Assembly: GCA_965200965.1 (NCBI GenBank)
Contig: OZ241744.1
Location: forward strand, 1,824,001-1,888,000
DNA from: an uncultured Candidatus Binatia bacterium
GTDB lineage: Bacteria > Desulfobacterota > Binatia > Bin18
Length of the DNA stretch: 64,000 bases
Direction of reading: 5' to 3'
The notes beneath the pieces are model-generated. The model had not been told where the DNA came from. It made no database searches and saw nothing but the letters and a program-made list of their open reading frames with translations. Positions 60,481 to 64,000 of this stretch are shown here, one piece after another. Both the position numbers and the translations under genes were made by a program. Position 1 is the first letter of the stretch, and each line of letters starts with the position of its first letter.

Positions 60481-61157
60481 TCAATCTTCCACCGGCAGCC
60501 CCACCACCGCCTCCCGCACCTCACACCTGCCCGCCACCACATCAGCAATCAAGCAGGCGCGGTACTCGCCCAGCAACTCCACCTGCCGGCGAGTAGCGGC
60601 CAGGGGCTGCTCAATCGCCGCCGTGGCCTTGGCGAGACGAGCGGCAAGGGCGGCCTGCTCGGCCAGGGGCGGGAGGGGATCGGCAGTGAACCAATGAACC
60701 GCCAGTCAGCACGGGGCATCTTGGCACCACATGTTGACACATCAACTGTGTCGATAACCGGTTTCGAGCGAAGGAGGTGCTCCAGGTAGTACGGCGTCAG
60801 GGCGTCATCAGAGGGACGCTGGACCAGAAACTCACCGACACAGACACCGGCTCGATTTGGACGGGTGACTTTCGCCAAATAAGGCCGGAGGTTGCAGAAC
60901 AGCACCTCGTCAGGCCGAAACCGTTTTCCTCGACTGTCGAAGCTCACATCTGACCCGGCATCTCTGTATTGTCCGGTCCGAGTCTCAACGTGTTCCAGAG
61001 CCAGACAGATATCGCCCTCTCTGGGGCCGCTGGTCTGGTCATTAATGTTATCTACATGCGTCTTCAGCCGCCGCACGGCCCAGTACGCTGGCACATTACC
61101 CAGCCAGGAGACGCCGGAGGGCTTGTAGGCCGGGTAGGGCTTGAGGTCGGCTGTCAT
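60481..61157 (-). pseudogene. hsdS: Type I R-M specificity subunit remnant (single TRD, frameshifted)
   Basis: 'LKPYPAYKPSGVSWLGNVPAYW', 'LRPYLAK' and 'GAKMPRADW'; shifted-frame tail 'LLGEYRACLIADVVAG'. Confidence 0.82.
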
Positions 61158-61199
61158 CCCCGGCACTGGCGTACCTTGGTCCCTTCGTTGAGCGGAAGG

Positions 61200-62273
61200 T
61201 CAGCCGAGCTTGGCGCGGACAATGCGGCCCATCTCCCTGCAGCCGACGAGGCGGCATTCGGGCTGAGCAATGTCGGGCGTGCGGTAGCCGTCGGCCAGGG
61301 CCGCATCGACCGCGGCCTCAATCGCCGCCGCGGCCGCTTCGTGCCGAAACGACAGGCGCAGCATCAGGGCGGTGGACAGCAGGGCAGCAAGCGGGTTGGC
61401 TTTGTCTTGGCCGGCAATATCGGGCGCGGTACCGTGGATAGGCTCGTACAGCCCGCGTGTACCCTCGCCCAAGGAGGCCGAGGGCAGCAGGCCCATTGAG
61501 CCGGCGAGCATGGACGCCTCGTCGGTCAGAATATCGCCAAACATATTCTCCGCGGCAATTACATCAAAATCGCGCGGCCGGCGGATGAGGTGCATGGACA
61601 TGGCATCAATCAGGACATCCTCATATTCCACATCCGGGTAGTCCCTGGCCACCTCGTGGGCGACCTCCCGCCACATGCGCGAGGTGGCCATGATGTTCGC
61701 CTTGTCCACCGAGGTGACTTTCTTGCGGCGGCCGCGGGCCAGCTCGAACGAGGTCCGCATCAGGCGCGCAACCTCACCTTCGGTGTAGAAAATCGTGTCT
61801 ACGGCCTCGCGGCCGGCCGGCCCGGTCCGACGCGCGCTCGGCCGCCCGTAGTACACCCCGCCGGTCAGCTCACGCACAACGAGCAGGTCCACGCCGTCCA
61901 GCACATCGGGCTTGAGGGTTGAGGCGTGGGCCAGATGGCGGTTGGGCTGGAGGGGGCGCAGATTGGCGTACAGGCCAAGCTCTTTGCGCAACCCCAGAAT
62001 GGCCTGCTCAGGCCGGACCGAAGACTGCGGGTCGTCCCACTTGGGGCCGCCGACCGCGCCGAGCAGCACGGCATCACTGTTGCTTGCCAGCCGCAGCGCG
62101 GAGTCGGTCAGGGCCACGCCTTGGGCGTCAATGGAGCAGCCGCCGGCCAGGGCGTGTTCACAGTTCAGGCTCAGGCCAAAGCGTTGTTCAATGAGCTTGA
62201 GGGTTTCCAGGGCCTCGCCAATCACCTCAGGGCCGATGCCGTCGCCGGCAAAAACCACAATGTTATGGGCCAT
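61200..62273 (-). CDS. leuB: 3-isopropylmalate dehydrogenase
   Basis: 'GDGIGPEV', 'GAVGGPKWD', 'NMFGDILTDEA' and 'YEPIHGTAPDIAG'. Confidence 0.97.
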   Translation of the reverse strand: MAHNIVVFAGDGIGPEVIGEALETLKLIEQRFGLSLNCEHALAGGCSIDAQGVALTDSALRLASNSDAVLLGAVGGPKWDDPQSSVRPEQAILGLRKELGLYANLRPLQPNRHLAHASTLKPDVLDGVDLLVVRELTGGVYYGRPSARRTGPAGREAVDTIFYTEGEVARLMRTSFELARGRRKKVTSVDKANIMATSRMWREVAHEVARDYPDVEYEDVLIDAMSMHLIRRPRDFDVIAAENMFGDILTDEASMLAGSMGLLPSASLGEGTRGLYEPIHGTAPDIAGQDKANPLAALLSTALMLRLSFRHEAAAAAIEAAVDAALADGYRTPDIAQPECRLVGCREMGRIVRAKLG

Positions 62274-62317
62274 GCTGTCTCCTTGTGTCTGGGTCGGACG
62301 CTGTGCCGACGGTCGGC

Positions 62318-63874
62318 TCAGGGGCCTTCGCGGCCGGCCGCGGTCTGATTCTGATAATAGCGCTCGCGGTGGGCCAGTTTGTTCAGAGCGTTAATAAAGG
62401 CCAGGGCGCTGGCCATGATGATATCGGTGTGGGCACCCTGCCCGTTGACCGAGGTGCCGTTCTCGCGGATCATGCATGACACCTCGCCCTGGGCGTCGGC
62501 CCCGCCGGTAATTGACTTGACGGTGTAGCGCTCGAGGCGGGGTTCGAGGCCGGCGATTTTAGTCACCGCCTTGAAACAGGCGTCAACCATGCCGTCGCCG
62601 GCAGCGCTATCGACAATCTCGTCTTCGCCCACCTTCATTTTGACGGTGGCGTGGGGCACGGCCATGCTCGACGAGGTGACGTTCAGATACAGCAGTTCAT
62701 ACTTGTCCGGCAGGCGAACGGTCTCCTCGGTGACAATCGAAATCAGGTCCTCATCGTAGACATTCTTTTTTTTGTCGGCCAGGGCTTTGAAACGCTCAAA
62801 GGCCTTGTTCATGTCAGTCCCGCTGTAGTCAATGCCCAGGGTCTTCAGCCGATCAACAAAGGCGTGGCGGCCCGAATGCTTGCCCAAAACCAGCGTGTTG
62901 CTGGCCAGACCAATGGTCCGGGGCTGCATAATCTCATAGGTCAGCGTGTTTTTCAGCACCCCGTCCTGGTGAATGCCGGCCTCGTGGGCAAAGGCGTTAG
63001 CCCCGACCACCGGCTTGTTGAGGGGAACCGCAATGCCCGTAATATGGGACAGCAGTTGGCTGGACGGATAGATCTGCTCGGTGACAACGCGGGTGGTGAC
63101 ATCCCCAAAAACATCCTGGCGCGTCTTGAGTGCCATCACCACCTCTTCCATTGAGGTATTGCCGGCCCGCTCGCCAATGCCGTTGATCGTGCATTCGACC
63201 TGGCGGGCACCGTGGGCAATGGCCGACAGCGAGTTGGCCACCGCCAGACCGAGGTCATTGTGGCAGTGGGCGCTCCACTTGACCGTGTGTCCGCCGGGTA
63301 CGTTCTCGCGCAGAAAGCCAAAGAGCTGCCCGTACTGCTCGGGCACCGCGTAGCCGGTGGTATCCGGCACGTTGACCGTGACCGCGCCGGCTTTGATGAC
63401 CTCGCCAAAAATCTCGACCAGATAATCGGGGTCGGTCCGGGACGCATCCTCGGCCGAGAACTCGACATAATCGAGATATTTCTTGGCGTAGCTGACCGCC
63501 CAGACCGAGGCGTCAATCGCCTCCTGGCGGCTCATCATCAGCTTGTGTGTGAGGTGGATATCCGAGGTGGCAATAAAGATATGGATACCAGGGTGTCTGG
63601 CACCTTCCACGGCCTGAATCGAACGCCGGATATCGTCTTCCTTGGTGCGCGACAGACTCAGCACAATTGGCGTTGGCATCAGTTCGGCCACTCGTCTGAC
63701 CGACTCGAAATCTCCCTCTGACGAAGCGGCAAAGCCGGCCTCAACCACATCGACGTTGAGTTTTTCGAGTTGCCGGGCGACCATGACCTTCTCTTCGATA
63801 TTCATGGTGGCCCCGGGCGACTGCTCGCCGTCGCGCAGGGTGGTGTCAAAAATCTGGACAATGTCGTGTTCCAT
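62318..63874 (-). CDS. leuA: 2-isopropylmalate synthase
   Basis: 'FDTTLRDGEQSPG', 'HCHNDLGLAVAN', 'GIGERAGN' and 'HEAGIHQDG'. Confidence 0.97.
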   Translation of the reverse strand: MEHDIVQIFDTTLRDGEQSPGATMNIEEKVMVARQLEKLNVDVVEAGFAASSEGDFESVRRVAELMPTPIVLSLSRTKEDDIRRSIQAVEGARHPGIHIFIATSDIHLTHKLMMSRQEAIDASVWAVSYAKKYLDYVEFSAEDASRTDPDYLVEIFGEVIKAGAVTVNVPDTTGYAVPEQYGQLFGFLRENVPGGHTVKWSAHCHNDLGLAVANSLSAIAHGARQVECTINGIGERAGNTSMEEVVMALKTRQDVFGDVTTRVVTEQIYPSSQLLSHITGIAVPLNKPVVGANAFAHEAGIHQDGVLKNTLTYEIMQPRTIGLASNTLVLGKHSGRHAFVDRLKTLGIDYSGTDMNKAFERFKALADKKKNVYDEDLISIVTEETVRLPDKYELLYLNVTSSSMAVPHATVKMKVGEDEIVDSAAGDGMVDACFKAVTKIAGLEPRLERYTVKSITGGADAQGEVSCMIRENGTSVNGQGAHTDIIMASALAFINALNKLAHRERYYQNQTAAGREGP

Positions 63875-63895
63875 AGCGGTCCTCCTTGCCGTCAC

Positions 63896-63930
63896 AAAAA
63901 AAGGGCTGCGAGGTATCCCGCAGCCCTTTT
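63896..63930 (-). terminator. Intrinsic terminator / possible attenuator directly upstream of leuA
   Basis: Minus strand AAAAGGGCTGCG-GGATACCT-CGCAGCCC-TTTTTTT, ending ~20 nt before the leuA ATG. Confidence 0.75.
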
Positions 63931-64000
63931 GCCAAGGGCCACAGGCTGAACCCGCCTGTGGCCCTCAAGAGTTCTTGTTCGTCAGGCGTGTCTCTTGGAG

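Overview
GC-rich bacterial chromosome window. The backbone is housekeeping and metabolic genes: argS, dprA-topA-trmFO, ispH, tRNA-Pro, plsY, glnB, leuA-leuB and many oxidoreductases/hydrolases. Four defence-type islands interrupt it, none with a visible integrase or transposase. (1) ~2.5-9.6 kb: TA fragments, a TIR gene, an AbiJ-like gene and a type I R-M system. (2) ~34-39 kb: a type III R-M system. (3) ~43-45.5 kb: a type II R-M system with a controller-endonuclease fusion and C-box-like operators. (4) ~54.3-61.2 kb: yecR-like gene, a five-gene unknown/TIR/Nmad2/MazG/UDG operon, darT-darG and an hsdS remnant. Main highlights: (a) the intact five-gene operon is a candidate uncharacterised nucleotide-centred defence system. 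(b) A 'duplicate the target, insert DNA between the copies' signature recurs at five unrelated loci: three gene 3'-end duplications bracketing cargo, and two intragenic repeat-insert-repeat units (27+33 bp, 38+34 bp) of CRISPR-like dimensions. (c) A rhodanese sulfurtransferase has an in-frame TGA at its catalytic Cys followed by a SECIS-like hairpin, so it is a probable selenoprotein. (d) Toxic/restriction partners are broken while protective partners stay intact. Family assignments come from motif recognition by eye; no database searches were run.
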